A stretch of DNA of 26,802 bases from Actinomycetota bacterium. Lineage in GTDB: Bacteria; Actinomycetota; Acidimicrobiia; Acidimicrobiales; Ilumatobacteraceae. The stretch lies in assembly GCA_041156905.1 (NCBI GenBank), contig JBEBDM010000019.1, positions 1 to 26,802 on the forward strand. Direction: 5' to 3'. This document shows positions 7,947 to 17,821 of the stretch, piece by piece (within the stretch, counting starts at the first letter, position 1; the number at the start of each line of letters is the position of its first letter). The position numbers and the translations under genes are program-made. The notes under the pieces were generated by a model. The model saw only the letters and a program-made list of their open reading frames with translations. It did not search any database and was not told the DNA's origin.

Positions 7947-9176
7947 TCAGCGGGTCGGGACGACGGTCGGGTCGAGGAAGACCCGCTCGGCCGCCAGGAT
8001 CGTGCCCCCGAGGGCGCCGGCGGTGAAGCCCAGCGTGGTGAGTTCGACCGTGCACCGGCGGAAGGCATCGGTCAGCGAGTGCGCCTCCATCGTCCGGCGA
8101 GCCTCGGGCATGACCCATTCGGCGATCTGCGGGAGGAAGCCACCGAGCACGATGACCTCGGGGTTGAAGGCGTCGACGACGTTGGCGAGTCCGATGCCGA
8201 GCCAGTGGCCGTACTTCTGGAGCCCCTTGAGGGCGAGCGGGTGCTGGGCGCGGGCCCGGGCGATGACGGGAGCGACCTTTGCCTCGGGGCTGAGTCGGCG
8301 GTCGCGCATCAGGCCGGGCGCGAGGTCGGGCACCGCGTCCACGAGCAGTGCGCGCAGGCCGATCGTCGTCTCCCAACAACCCTTGCTCCCACACGCGCAC
8401 GGCGAACCCTTCGGCTGCACCGTCATGTGGCCCACCTCACCGGCCGACCCGGAGACACCGCGGAACAACTCACCGTCGACCACCACGCCGGCACCGACAC
8501 CGTTGACCGCGAGCAGGTACACGAGGTGTGCCGAGCCGGCCGACGCACCCATGCGGTATTCGGCGATGGCGGCGAGGTTCGCCTCGTTGTCGAACCACAC
8601 GGGAATCTCGCTGCCGAACTCGGCGGTGAGTCGCGGGCCGAGGGGCGCATCGGTCCATCCGAGGTTGGGGGCGCGGCGCACGATGCCCGCGGCCACGTCG
8701 ACGATGCCCGGGATCGCGACAGTGAGCCCGGCGACTCGCATCCCGGCAGCCTCGGCGGCATCGACCGCTTGGCGCGTCTCGCGGGCGATGACGGGGAACA
8801 GGTCGGGGAAGGCGGTGGAGGTCTTGGTGATCGGCTTCCGACGCTGGTGGACGATCCGGCCCGACAGGTCGCTGACGAGCACCGACACGAATCCGACGTC
8901 GAGTTCGACACCAATGGTCGCCACCGACGCCCCGTCGAGGCGGACGAGCGTCGCGGGCCGGCCCACTCGCTGGTCCTCCTCGGGACCCGCCTCGTCGACC
9001 AGGCCACGCTCGATCAGGTCGGCGACGAGGCTCGAGACGGTGGCTCTCGTGAGACCGGTGACGGCAGCGATCCCAGCCCGGCTGCGTGGCCCGTCGGTGG
9101 CGAGGAGACGGAGCACGAGCGACAGGTTGTGACGACGCACGTGCAGGTGCTCGACGGGTCGCGTCATCCGGCTCAC
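7947..9176 (-). CDS. ROK family transcriptional regulator, about 409 aa
   Basis: N-terminal HTH (SRAGIAAVTGLTRATVSSLVADL), DNEANLAAIAE, GVGAGVVVDGELFRG.SG.AGEVGH and Zn motif CACGSKGCWE. Start is GTG 9176 (TACCCT 8 nt upstream) or ATG 9167. Confidence 0.92.
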   Translation of the reverse strand: MSRMTRPVEHLHVRRHNLSLVLRLLATDGPRSRAGIAAVTGLTRATVSSLVADLIERGLVDEAGPEEDQRVGRPATLVRLDGASVATIGVELDVGFVSVLVSDLSGRIVHQRRKPITKTSTAFPDLFPVIARETRQAVDAAEAAGMRVAGLTVAIPGIVDVAAGIVRRAPNLGWTDAPLGPRLTAEFGSEIPVWFDNEANLAAIAEYRMGASAGSAHLVYLLAVNGVGAGVVVDGELFRGVSGSAGEVGHMTVQPKGSPCACGSKGCWETTIGLRALLVDAVPDLAPGLMRDRRLSPEAKVAPVIARARAQHPLALKGLQKYGHWLGIGLANVVDAFNPEVIVLGGFLPQIAEWVMPEARRTMEAHSLTDAFRRCTVELTTLGFTAGALGGTILAAERVFLDPTVVPTR

Positions 9177-9228
9177 GGGTCGGGAGGGTAGCGACCGGGG
9201 AGACGGCTTCGTGAGTACGTTGGCGCGC

Positions 9229-9930
9229 ATGTCGTCCGTCAGTGCTCGCCGCGTCGCAGCCGGTGTCGTCGGGTTGGCGTGCGTGATCGGGGCCGTGCTG
9301 ATCGTGTGGGGCAGGTCCGAGGACGGTCCGTCGGATTCGAGTGTCGCCCTGCGTTCGTCGGTGCGGGTGACCGCGTTCGGATGCTCGCGAGTGGGGCGCA
9401 TCGGGGTGGGCGCAGCGGTCGGTGACGGACTCGTCGCGACGGTCGCACACGTCGTCGCGGGCTCGACGGAGATCACCGTGATGACGCCGGACGGGGAAGA
9501 GGTGCCGGCTGCCGTGGTCGCGATCGACCGTGAGCGCGATCTGGCCGTTCTCGACGTCGACCTCGCGCTACCGGTCCTCGAACTCGGAACGCCGGTGGCA
9601 CGATCCGGGGGCAGCTACGTGGTGTGGCGTGAGGATGCGGCCGTGGTCGTCGACGCCGAACTCACCCGGCTCGTGTCGTTGACGGCGCCCACGATCGACC
9701 ACGACGAGACGGCGGTGCGCAAGGGGATCCAGATCGCTGCAGAGGTGGTGAGCGGCGACTCGGGGAGCATCGTGGTGAGTGGTGGTCGTGCTGTGGCGAT
9801 GGTGTTCGCGCGCAGTACTCAGTCGGCCGATCGTGGGTGGGCCACGGATGTCGCCGAACTGTCCCCGCTGCTGGCGTCGCTCGACGGCGTCGCGAAACCC
9901 GCTCCGGTCGATGTCGGTGCCTGTACCTGA
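9229..9930 (+). CDS. Trypsin-like (S1) serine protease, MarP-like domain with a single N-terminal anchor, 233 aa
   Basis: Triad motifs TVAHVVAG, RDLAVL and GDSG; hydrophobic N-terminus; Cys near both ends (FGC, GAC). TACGTT lies 7 nt before ATG 9229. Confidence 0.82.
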   Translation: MSSVSARRVAAGVVGLACVIGAVLIVWGRSEDGPSDSSVALRSSVRVTAFGCSRVGRIGVGAAVGDGLVATVAHVVAGSTEITVMTPDGEEVPAAVVAIDRERDLAVLDVDLALPVLELGTPVARSGGSYVVWREDAAVVVDAELTRLVSLTAPTIDHDETAVRKGIQIAAEVVSGDSGSIVVSGGRAVAMVFARSTQSADRGWATDVAELSPLLASLDGVAKPAPVDVGACT

Positions 9931-9976
9931 GACGCGTGCGGGCGCAACCTTTCGCCCCCACCCGTAGGCTCGATGC

Positions 9977-10909
9977 ATGACATCCCCCGCCATCGTCGCC
10001 GAGGGGCTCGTGAAGAGCTTCGGCGACGTCCACGCCCTGCGCGGCGTCTCCTTCGAGGTCGGCACCGGAACCGTGCTGGGCCTGCTCGGCCCGAACGGTG
10101 CCGGCAAGACCACCGCTGTCCGCGTGCTCACCACCATCCTCGTGCCCGACGAGGGTCGGGCCATGGTCGCCGGTCACGACGTCGTCGCCTCGCCGCAGAG
10201 CGTGCGCCGCAGCATCGGTCTCGCCGGCCAGTACGCAGCCGTCGACGAGAACCTCACCGGTCGCGAGAACCTGGTCCTCATCGGTCGCCTCAACCATATG
10301 TCGACGGTCTCGTCGCGTCAGCGGGCGGTCGAGTTGCTCGACCAGTTCCATCTCTCCGACGCTGCCGGCCGTCCGGTGCGCACGTACTCCGGCGGCATGC
10401 GTCGTCGTCTCGACCTCGCTGCTGCTCTCGTGACGCACCCGCCCGTGCTCCTCCTCGACGAGCCGACGACGGGCCTCGACCCGGCCAGTCGCCAGGACCT
10501 GTGGGACGTCATCAGTTCGCTCGTCGCCGACGGCACCACCGTGCTGCTGACGACCCAGTACCTCGAGGAGGCCGATCGCCTCGCCGATCGCATCGTGGTG
10601 ATCGACCACGGGACGGTCGCTGCCGAGGGCACGTCGACCGAACTGAAGGCGCGGATCGGTGGACTCAGCGCGGTGCTGAGCCTCGCTGATGCAGCGACGG
10701 CCGCCCGGGTCATCGCCTCGCTCACCGACCTCCATGCCGTCGTCGGGAGTGACGACGCGACCGTGATCGTTCCGGCCCGCCATGGTGCGGCGACGGTGCG
10801 CGACGTCCTCAACCGGGTCGATGCACAGGGCATCGAGATCGTGCGACTCGACATGCACGAACCCACACTCGACGAGGTCTTCCTGAGCCTCACGGGGAGC
10901 CGGTCATGA
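9977..10909 (+). CDS. DrrA-family ABC exporter ATP-binding protein, 310 aa
   Basis: GPNGAGKTT, YSGGMRRRLDLA, LLDEPTTGLDP and C-terminal PTLDEVFLSLTG. Confidence 0.93.
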   Translation: MTSPAIVAEGLVKSFGDVHALRGVSFEVGTGTVLGLLGPNGAGKTTAVRVLTTILVPDEGRAMVAGHDVVASPQSVRRSIGLAGQYAAVDENLTGRENLVLIGRLNHMSTVSSRQRAVELLDQFHLSDAAGRPVRTYSGGMRRRLDLAAALVTHPPVLLLDEPTTGLDPASRQDLWDVISSLVADGTTVLLTTQYLEEADRLADRIVVIDHGTVAAEGTSTELKARIGGLSAVLSLADAATAARVIASLTDLHAVVGSDDATVIVPARHGAATVRDVLNRVDAQGIEIVRLDMHEPTLDEVFLSLTGSRS

Positions 10910-11688
10910 GTGCCACCGACAAGGGCTCGGGCTTCGCCTGGGCGATCCGCGACACGATCGCGATGATGGGCCGCAACCTCACGGCGATGCGGCGTGTGCC
11001 GCAGGTGCTCGTGTTCTCGCTCATCCAGCCGGTGATCTTCGTGCTGATGTTCCGCTACGTGTTCGGCGGGGCGATCAAGGTCCCGGGTCGCGACTACGTC
11101 GACTACCTGATGCCCGGCATCTTCGTGCAGACGATGACCTTCGGTGCGATCAACACCGCCATCGGCTTGGCCGACGACAAGGGCAAGGGGCTGCTCGAGC
11201 GGCTGCAGTCGCTTCCGATGTCGCGCTACGCCGTGCTCAGTGGTCGCGTGTTGGCCGACTCGATCCGCAACCTCGTGATCGTCGTGTTGATGATGGTCAT
11301 CGGCTTCCTCGTCGGGTTCGACACACACACCAACGTGCTGATGGTCGTGTCGGGTGTGCTCGTGATGGTCGGCTTCGGCTTCGCCCTCTCGTGGCTGTTC
11401 GCCCTTATCGGTCTCTCGGTGACCAACGGCGAGGCTGCCCAGGCGGCGGGCTTCCCGATCCTCGCCCCGCTCACGTTCGCGTCGAACCTGTTCGTCGATC
11501 CGTCGACGATGCCGGGCTGGCTGCAGGGGTGGGCACGGAACCAACCGGTGAGCGTCACCGCTGATGCCGTGCGTGCATGCATGCTCGGCGGACCGACGGC
11601 GTCGAAGGTGATCCCGGCGCTCCTGTGGAGCATCGGATTCGGTGTCGTTCTCGGGCCGCTCGCGGTCCGTCGCTACCGCCGGAGCTGA
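10906..11688 (+). CDS. DrrB-family ABC-2 type permease, 260 aa
   Basis: RVPQVLVFSLIQPVIF, YVDYLMPGI, ERLQSLPMSR and QPVSVTADAVR; ATGA overlap with the ATPase gene. Confidence 0.92.
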   Translation: MSATDKGSGFAWAIRDTIAMMGRNLTAMRRVPQVLVFSLIQPVIFVLMFRYVFGGAIKVPGRDYVDYLMPGIFVQTMTFGAINTAIGLADDKGKGLLERLQSLPMSRYAVLSGRVLADSIRNLVIVVLMMVIGFLVGFDTHTNVLMVVSGVLVMVGFGFALSWLFALIGLSVTNGEAAQAAGFPILAPLTFASNLFVDPSTMPGWLQGWARNQPVSVTADAVRACMLGGPTASKVIPALLWSIGFGVVLGPLAVRRYRRS

Positions 11689-11725
11689 TCACGGCTCCGT
11701 GCCCCGTCAGCGCGGGCACGGACGT

Positions 11726-12427
11726 TCACACCGCTGGCTCGAGCCAATGCGCCATGAAGCGCTCGCACCACTCGTGGATCGAGCGCTCGTGGCGCTCCGC
11801 GTCGGCGACCTGCTGGTCGAGGAGGTGCACCCCGGGTCGCCCGTGCAGGTACGAGTTGCCGGCATACCAGTTCGGGATCATGTCCTCGCGTGCATCGGGA
11901 TGGAACTGGAGCCCGTAGGCGCGTTCTCCGATCCGGAACGCCTGCACCTCGAAGTGCTCGCTCGACGCGAGCAACTCGGCGCCGGGTGGGACGGTGAGGC
12001 ACGCGGCGTAGTGCGACTGGAACACGTGGTCGAGTCCGGCGAACAGTTCGCGGCCGGCCTCGGTGGGGATGATCGGGTAGAAGCCGAACTCGGCGATCCC
12101 GTCGGGGCGACCGGCGTTCCCGCATCCGACCGCCTCGGCGAGTGCCTGGGCACCGAAGCAGATCCCGAGGTACGGCGTGCGTGTCTCGAGGGCGCTCGAG
12201 GCGAGGCGGATCTCTGCGGCGACGTCGGGCCGCGTGTCGGCCTCGTGGGTGCTCACGGTGTTACCGCCGATGATGATCGCATCGACCTCCGACGCCGAGG
12301 CTGGCAATGCGTCACCCTCGGGTGGGCATCGGAACTCGACCGTGTGGCCCTGCGACCGCAGGATGTCGGCGAGGCGCGACTCGGTCCATTCCCGGACGTG
12401 CTGGAGATAGAGGACGTGGGCCATCAC
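11726..12427 (-). CDS. Class I glutamine amidotransferase-like protein (stand-alone GATase1), about 233 aa
   Basis: Nucleophile elbow YLGICFGAQAL, FQSH and GLQFHPD. Start is GTG 12427 or ATG 12424. Confidence 0.88.
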   Translation of the reverse strand: MMAHVLYLQHVREWTESRLADILRSQGHTVEFRCPPEGDALPASASEVDAIIIGGNTVSTHEADTRPDVAAEIRLASSALETRTPYLGICFGAQALAEAVGCGNAGRPDGIAEFGFYPIIPTEAGRELFAGLDHVFQSHYAACLTVPPGAELLASSEHFEVQAFRIGERAYGLQFHPDAREDMIPNWYAGNSYLHGRPGVHLLDQQVADAERHERSIHEWCERFMAHWLEPAV

Positions 12428-12500
12428 GGCTCACGGTATTCCGTCGACGGACTACCGTGTCGGCTCGTCGTCCTCGGGAGCGACGACAGGGGGGAATGTC

Positions 12501-13430
12501 ATGAAGGTCGGGTTCATCGGTCTTGGCAACATGGGCGGTGCGGCTGCGCGCAACCTGATGCGCGCGGGCTTCGAGGTGTGGGTGCACGACATCCGTCGCG
12601 AGGCAGGCACCTCGCTGGAGGAGGCCGGGGCCCACTGGTCGGACTCGCCGCGCGAGATGATCGACGCGGTCGACTGTGTGTTGTCGATGGTGTTCGGGCC
12701 GGCGCAGATCGAACAGGTCGTGCGCGGTCCGGGCGGCCTGCTCGAGGGCGACTGCCAGGGCAAGGCGTGGATCGACCTGACGACGAGCACGCCAGCCCTG
12801 ATGCGGGCCCTCGCCGACGAGTTCCGCGCTGCGGGTGGTCGTCCGGTCGACTCGCCGGTGACGGGCTCGATCGACTCGTGCATCCGAGGCGACATGATCC
12901 TCTTCGTCGGTGGTGACGATGCCGACGTCGCTCACGTCCGGTCGGTGCTCGATGCGGTCGGTGTCGTGCGCCGTGTCGGTGGATACGGCAACGGCTACGT
13001 GGCCAAGCTCGTCAACAACCAGCTGTGGTTCGTCCACGCGGCAGCGATCGGCGAGGCGATGGTGGCCGCCAAGTTGGCCGGGCTCGAACCCGACGTGTGG
13101 TGGGAGGCGATGAAGGGTGGTGCCGCCGACAGTTTCGTGATGCAGCACGACGTGCCCTCGATCTTCGCCGGCCACTACGACCCGTCGTTCCGTCTGGCGC
13201 TGTGCCTCAAGGACCTCGGCCTCGTCGACCAACTCCTCACCGAGGTCGGCAGCCGTGCGGAACTGACCCAGGCGACCCACGCCCGCTTCCGCGAGGCGGC
13301 CGAGCGGTACGGCGATGGTGCGGGCGAGATGACCGTGTGCAAGGTCCTCGAGGACGACGCCGGGGTCGAGCTCCGGGTCGCCGGCGACTGGACGGCTCCG
13401 TGGGAGGTCCGCCACCCCGGCGATGCCTGA
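12501..13430 (+). CDS. NAD(P)-dependent beta-hydroxyacid dehydrogenase (3-hydroxyisobutyrate/6PGD-like) family protein, 309 aa
   Basis: GFIGLGNMG Rossmann motif, VDSPVTG, catalytic K in AKLVNN and F.L.LC.KDL; SD-like GGGGGA upstream. Confidence 0.88.
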   Translation: MKVGFIGLGNMGGAAARNLMRAGFEVWVHDIRREAGTSLEEAGAHWSDSPREMIDAVDCVLSMVFGPAQIEQVVRGPGGLLEGDCQGKAWIDLTTSTPALMRALADEFRAAGGRPVDSPVTGSIDSCIRGDMILFVGGDDADVAHVRSVLDAVGVVRRVGGYGNGYVAKLVNNQLWFVHAAAIGEAMVAAKLAGLEPDVWWEAMKGGAADSFVMQHDVPSIFAGHYDPSFRLALCLKDLGLVDQLLTEVGSRAELTQATHARFREAAERYGDGAGEMTVCKVLEDDAGVELRVAGDWTAPWEVRHPGDA

Positions 13431-13475
13431 GCGTCGTTCGGCGTTGAGCAATGGCACGGTGCCCCTCGCCCGACG

Positions 13476-15173
13476 TCACTCGACGGGACACGCCTCGAAC
13501 GGTGAACGGGGTGTGTGCGGCACGCGGTACAGCGTGTAGGTCGTGTTGTGCCACACGCGCTCGAGGCCATACTGCGCGGCCTCTTCCTCGTGGATCGCGG
13601 GCTCGTTGTAGTCGACGTCGTCGTTGTCGAGCACGAGCCAGTCGGCGCGCTGCAACAGCCACGGGATCGACCCGCCCTGAACGGCGCGCCGACCCGTGTA
13701 GAGGTTCATCGAACGGGCCTGCGAGAACATCACGATGTCGTCTCCGCGCGTGCAGCGGAGAACGGCCTCGAACATCGCCTGTGAATCGGGTGACTCCGGC
13801 CCGCGGAGGACGTAGTCGTACGCGCGGTGGTACTCCACGGCCCGCCCGAGGTCGGCGAGGTTCACCGAGAGCGGGAGCAGCAGCACGGCCGTGGCGACGG
13901 CCCCTCCGAGGGAGCGTCGGAGGGGTCGGGGAGAGGTTGTCGGTGTCGCGTCCCACGCCGTGAACGCCTGGACGGCGAAGAACACCATCACGACGAGGGT
14001 CGTGTACAGGTAGCGGAACTCGTGGAACGGCTGGGTGCCCACTGCGTACGCCGTCAGGACGACGAACACGAGGAGGTGCAGGTCGCGGGTCCGGTGCCGG
14101 TAGAGGCTGACGATCGCCCCGACGACGGCGAGCCCGACGAAGACGAGCACGAGTGCAGAACCGAGCTGCTCGCTCCCGAAGGCGACGATCGGCTTGTTGC
14201 CGAACTGCTTGAGCCCGAAGGCCTCGGCGATGACCCCCTTGTACCAGCGGGCGTTCTCGCCGAGCATTCCGCGGCCACCGGTGGCAGGTCGGTCGACGAC
14301 GAGGGTCGACGGCAGCATCGCCTGGAGGGCGAGCACGGCTCCGGCGGCGACGAGGTATGGCAGCACGACGAGGCGATACGGGATGGCGCGCCAACCCTGC
14401 TCGCGGATGTCGGTGCGGCGTCGCCAGACCTCGACAAGGTGCAGCGACAGCAGTGCCGGTGCGAGAGCGATGGTCTCGTGTCGGATCGAGAAACACCACG
14501 CCATCAACAGGCCCATGACGACGAGACGGCGACGGTTGGCGGTGTCGAGGAGACCGTGTGTGCGCGTGCGCTCCATCCAGACGAAGGCGAGCAGCACGAA
14601 GGCGAGCGACGGGATGTCGGAGGTGACGGACTCGGCCCACTTCCAGAACGTCGGCGACGAGGCGAGGAATGTGGTCGCCGCTGTCGCGACCACGACACCC
14701 GATCGGCGGCGGAGGAGGTGGTGGAAGGCGACGAGGACCCCGCAGTAGCAGGCGACGATGACGGCCTTCAGGGCGAACCAGTTCAGCCCGAACAGCGCGT
14801 AGACCGGAGCGAGCAGGATCGGGAAACCCCACGGGTAGACGACCGGCGTCCACGTGTGCGAGACAGAGTTGTCGAGGGCGAAGCGCGTGTCGGAGATGAG
14901 CCGTCCGATGTCGCCCTTCACGAGGGCCTTGGCCTGGTGGACGTAGAGCGAGAAGTCGTCCCCCCAGCCATGGCCCGTCTCCTGGAGGGAGGTGAGCGTG
15001 GCGACCGTCAGCAGGACGATCATCACGAGGGGAACGTGCCGCCAGGCGTCGCCGCCGGAGGGCGCGTCGACCGCGGTGTCCTCGGTCGCGACCTCACCCG
15101 TCGTGAGGTCGCCGGATTCCGCCCGACGCAGTGCGTCGGCTCCCGAGTCTGGCCCGTCGTCCTCGTTCGTCAC
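13476..15173 (-). CDS. Multi-pass membrane glycosyltransferase of GT-C type (ArnT/PMT_2-like), about 565 aa
   Basis: GDDFSLY acidic motif in the first loop, [19 protein letters not shown] and many TM segments. Start set at GTG 15173 (TACCTT 7 nt upstream); the longer ORF overlaps the divergent LLM gene. Confidence 0.72.
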   Translation of the reverse strand: MTNEDDGPDSGADALRRAESGDLTTGEVATEDTAVDAPSGGDAWRHVPLVMIVLLTVATLTSLQETGHGWGDDFSLYVHQAKALVKGDIGRLISDTRFALDNSVSHTWTPVVYPWGFPILLAPVYALFGLNWFALKAVIVACYCGVLVAFHHLLRRRSGVVVATAATTFLASSPTFWKWAESVTSDIPSLAFVLLAFVWMERTRTHGLLDTANRRRLVVMGLLMAWCFSIRHETIALAPALLSLHLVEVWRRRTDIREQGWRAIPYRLVVLPYLVAAGAVLALQAMLPSTLVVDRPATGGRGMLGENARWYKGVIAEAFGLKQFGNKPIVAFGSEQLGSALVLVFVGLAVVGAIVSLYRHRTRDLHLLVFVVLTAYAVGTQPFHEFRYLYTTLVVMVFFAVQAFTAWDATPTTSPRPLRRSLGGAVATAVLLLPLSVNLADLGRAVEYHRAYDYVLRGPESPDSQAMFEAVLRCTRGDDIVMFSQARSMNLYTGRRAVQGGSIPWLLQRADWLVLDNDDVDYNEPAIHEEEAAQYGLERVWHNTTYTLYRVPHTPRSPFEACPVE

Positions 15174-15210
15174 GGCCCTGAAGGTACCCCATGTCGCTAG
15201 CGTGCGGAGC

Positions 15211-16227
15211 GTGTCACTGTCTCTCTCGGTCCTCGATCTCTCGGTGCTGTCCGAGGGTCGTTCGTCGTCCGACGCATTGGCTGCCACAACGGTCCTCGCA
15301 CAGACAGCCGACCGTCTCGGTTGCAGCCGCTTCTGGGTGGCCGAGCACCACAACATGCCGAGCGTGGCGTGCACTGCCCCGCCCGTGCTGATCGCCCATC
15401 TCGCGGCGAGCACGTCGCGTATCCGTGTGGGTTCGGGCGGGGTCATGCTCCCCAACCACGCGCCGCTCGCGGTGGCCGAGCAGTTCGCGATGCTCGAGGC
15501 GCTGCATCCCGGCCGGATCGATCTCGGCGTCGGCCGTGCGCCGGGCACCGACGGCTCGACGGCCCGCGCTCTCCGGCGTGGAACGGTGGGCGACGTCGAT
15601 GACTTCCCCAACGACCTCGTCGACGTGATGGGCCTGCTCGGCGACGTGCGCACCGGTGACGGACTGTGGCGTTCGTTCCGGGCGACACCTCTTGCGACGA
15701 GTTCGCCCGACGTGTTCCTCCTCGGTTCGTCCGACTACGGCGCCCGGCTCGCGGCTCATCTCGGGCTGCCGTACTCGTACGCGCACCACTTCGACATGGC
15801 CGGTGGCGACAACCGCTTCACGATCAACGTCGCTGCTCTCTACCGACAGCAGTTCCGTCCGTCGGAGCGGTGGCCCGAACCGCACTTCATCCTGACCGCG
15901 ACGGCGCTCGCCGCCGACACGGCCGAGGAGGCCGAGTGGCACGCGTTGCCGGGTCGCATCACCGCCCTCGGCCGTCGGACGGGTCGGTTCACGCCACTCC
16001 CGAGTCCGGAGGACGCGGCACGGCATCCCGAGGTCGAGTCGGCGCGGGCATTGCCGACGGGTCGGCTCGTCGGTGACGCCGCCACGGTGTGGGCGGGGCT
16101 CGAGGAACTCGCCGCGCTCACTTCCGCCGACGAGGTGATGGTGACGAGCGTGGCCTACGACACAGCGGCCCGTGTGCGGAGCATCGAGGTGCTCGCCGAG
16201 CGTGCCGGACTGGTGACCGCCGCCTGA
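15211..16227 (+). CDS. LLM-class flavin-dependent oxidoreductase (luciferase-like, YhbW type), 338 aa
   Basis: [50 protein letters not shown] and LLGSS; TAGCGT lies 7 nt before GTG 15211. Confidence 0.92.
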   Translation: MSLSLSVLDLSVLSEGRSSSDALAATTVLAQTADRLGCSRFWVAEHHNMPSVACTAPPVLIAHLAASTSRIRVGSGGVMLPNHAPLAVAEQFAMLEALHPGRIDLGVGRAPGTDGSTARALRRGTVGDVDDFPNDLVDVMGLLGDVRTGDGLWRSFRATPLATSSPDVFLLGSSDYGARLAAHLGLPYSYAHHFDMAGGDNRFTINVAALYRQQFRPSERWPEPHFILTATALAADTAEEAEWHALPGRITALGRRTGRFTPLPSPEDAARHPEVESARALPTGRLVGDAATVWAGLEELAALTSADEVMVTSVAYDTAARVRSIEVLAERAGLVTAA

Positions 16228-16261
16228 ACAGGCGACCCGCGGAAGTGGCTAGCGTCCGGTC

Positions 16262-16900
16262 ATGCCGAGACTCAGCGAAGTACGCAAGGACGATGCCCAC
16301 CCGTTCGCCCAGCGGATGTACGAGTACCTGTTCGGCGACCGCGACCCGGTCGACGAACCCGGGACGGCGAGCGGGACGCCGGGTGACTGGTGGACGGTGT
16401 TCGCACTCGTCCCCGACGCCTTCGACCACACGACGGCCGGCTTCCAGTTCTATCGATCGGAGAAGCGCACCCTCCCGGTTCGCCTGCGCGAACTCGGTCA
16501 GACGAGGGCCGGGTGGACCGTGGGCAGCCGCTTCGTGTTCAGCCAGCACTGCAAGGCGATGCGCGACGCCGGGTTCACCGACGAGCAGGTGGCGGCCCTT
16601 CCGTCGTGGAGCGTGCACGACCTGTGGGAGCCGGCCGAGCGCGCCGTGCTCGCCTACACCGACTGCCTCACCCTCCAGCAGGGTCGCGTGCCCGACGGCG
16701 TGTTCGACGAACTCAAGAAGCACCTGACCGACGTCCAGATCCTCGAGTTCACCTACATCACGTGCACCTACGCGATGCACGCCGTGATGAGCCGCGCCCT
16801 GCAGCTCGAGTACGACAACGTCCCCGATCCCGTGCAGGAACTCCCCGACCTCGACGGTCGCTTCGCCGGCCTCGAGACCCAGCACCAACGCCCGTCCTGA
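16262..16900 (+). CDS. Carboxymuconolactone decarboxylase (CMD) family protein, 212 aa
   Basis: LRELGQTRAGW..GS.FVFSQHCK..R.AG, ERAVLAYTD and ILEFTY; TAGCGT lies 6 nt before the ATG. Confidence 0.82.
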   Translation: MPRLSEVRKDDAHPFAQRMYEYLFGDRDPVDEPGTASGTPGDWWTVFALVPDAFDHTTAGFQFYRSEKRTLPVRLRELGQTRAGWTVGSRFVFSQHCKAMRDAGFTDEQVAALPSWSVHDLWEPAERAVLAYTDCLTLQQGRVPDGVFDELKKHLTDVQILEFTYITCTYAMHAVMSRALQLEYDNVPDPVQELPDLDGRFAGLETQHQRPS

Positions 16901-16965
16901 CCAACCCCACCGATCTCGGCGCAGATCGTCCCGGATTCCGGGACTATGCGTACCGAGATCGTGGG
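16901..16965 (+). repeat. Dispersed palindromic repeat, copy 3 (core 16912-16960)
   Basis: CCAACCCCACC + GATCTCGGCGCAGATCGTCCCGGATTCCGGGACTATGCGTACCGAGATC + GTGGG; lies between convergent genes. Confidence 0.9.
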
Positions 16966-16968
16966 AGG

Positions 16969-17772
16969 TCAGGGGGAAACGGTGTCGGCCTCGCTCGGGA
17001 GCGGCGGGTCGCCGGCGCCCTGCACCGACTGATCGACGTCGATGCAGTTGCCGGTGAGCAGACCAGCGCCGTCGGAGAGGCAGAAGACGATCGCGTTCGC
17101 GACCTCCCACGGCTTCACGAGACGGCCCATCGGACGCTTCGGTTCGGCGAGCTCGAGCCAGTTCTCCGGCGAGCCGTCCTGCTCGACCTGGGTGTGGTGC
17201 TCGCTCTCGGTGTCCATCCAACCGGGGTTGACCTGGTTGACGCGGATGCCGTGACGCATGAGACCGAAGGCGAGGTTCTTGGTCATGATCGAGAGCGCAC
17301 CCTTCGACATGCAGTACGAGGTGAGCTTGGTCTGGCCACCGTGTCCGCTCGTGCTGCCGACGCTGACGATGCTGCCGCCGTGTCCGTGCTCGACCATCAC
17401 GCGGGCGACGGCCTGGATGAGGAAGTAGGGCGCCTTCACGTTGACGTCGAACTGCGAGTCGAAGTGCTCGGGCGTGTCGGTGAAGAGAGTGGCACGGGTG
17501 GTGGTGGCGGCGACGTTGACGAGACCGTGGACCGTCCCGAAGCGGGCGACCGTCGCGTCGACCACGCCCTGGAGCGAAGCGATGTCGCGGACGTCGGCCT
17601 TCACGAAGATGCTCGGCGTGCCGGCGGCCGTGAGTTCTGCAGCGAGTGCCTCACCACGGTCGGCCGAGCGTCCGGCGAGCACGAGGCCTGTGCTCGTGCC
17701 GGTGGCGTGGAGCGCACGCGCCGTCGCTTCGCCGAGCCCCTGAGTGCCGCCGCTGATGATGGTGACCGACAT
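16969..17772 (-). CDS. Short-chain dehydrogenase/reductase (SDR), last gene of the iol operon, 267 aa
   Basis: SGGTQGLG Rossmann motif, catalytic S..YCMSK and VNQVNPGWMDT; SD GAGG upstream of ATG 17772. Confidence 0.9.
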   Translation of the reverse strand: MSVTIISGGTQGLGEATARALHATGTSTGLVLAGRSADRGEALAAELTAAGTPSIFVKADVRDIASLQGVVDATVARFGTVHGLVNVAATTTRATLFTDTPEHFDSQFDVNVKAPYFLIQAVARVMVEHGHGGSIVSVGSTSGHGGQTKLTSYCMSKGALSIMTKNLAFGLMRHGIRVNQVNPGWMDTESEHHTQVEQDGSPENWLELAEPKRPMGRLVKPWEVANAIVFCLSDGAGLLTGNCIDVDQSVQGAGDPPLPSEADTVSP

Positions 17773-17821
17773 GTGTGTGCTTCCTCTGTGAAGTCGTGAG
17801 TGGTGACGTGGCTGTGGCGAC

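Noticed and set aside
9977-11688. DrrAB-like exporter as evidence for an antibiotic biosynthesis or resistance island
   Set aside because: No biosynthetic genes are nearby, and the family is widespread in Actinobacteria.
12501-13430. Hydroxyacid dehydrogenase as an imine reductase or as the missing IolA
   Set aside because: It retains the catalytic Lys of beta-hydroxyacid dehydrogenases, and IolA is an aldehyde dehydrogenase family enzyme.
16898-16960. TGA followed 11-13 nt later by a hairpin (also at 2082-2146), superficially SECIS-like
   Set aside because: The hairpin is the dispersed repeat, the proteins already appear complete, there is no Cys-like context, and the read-through frames differ between copies.
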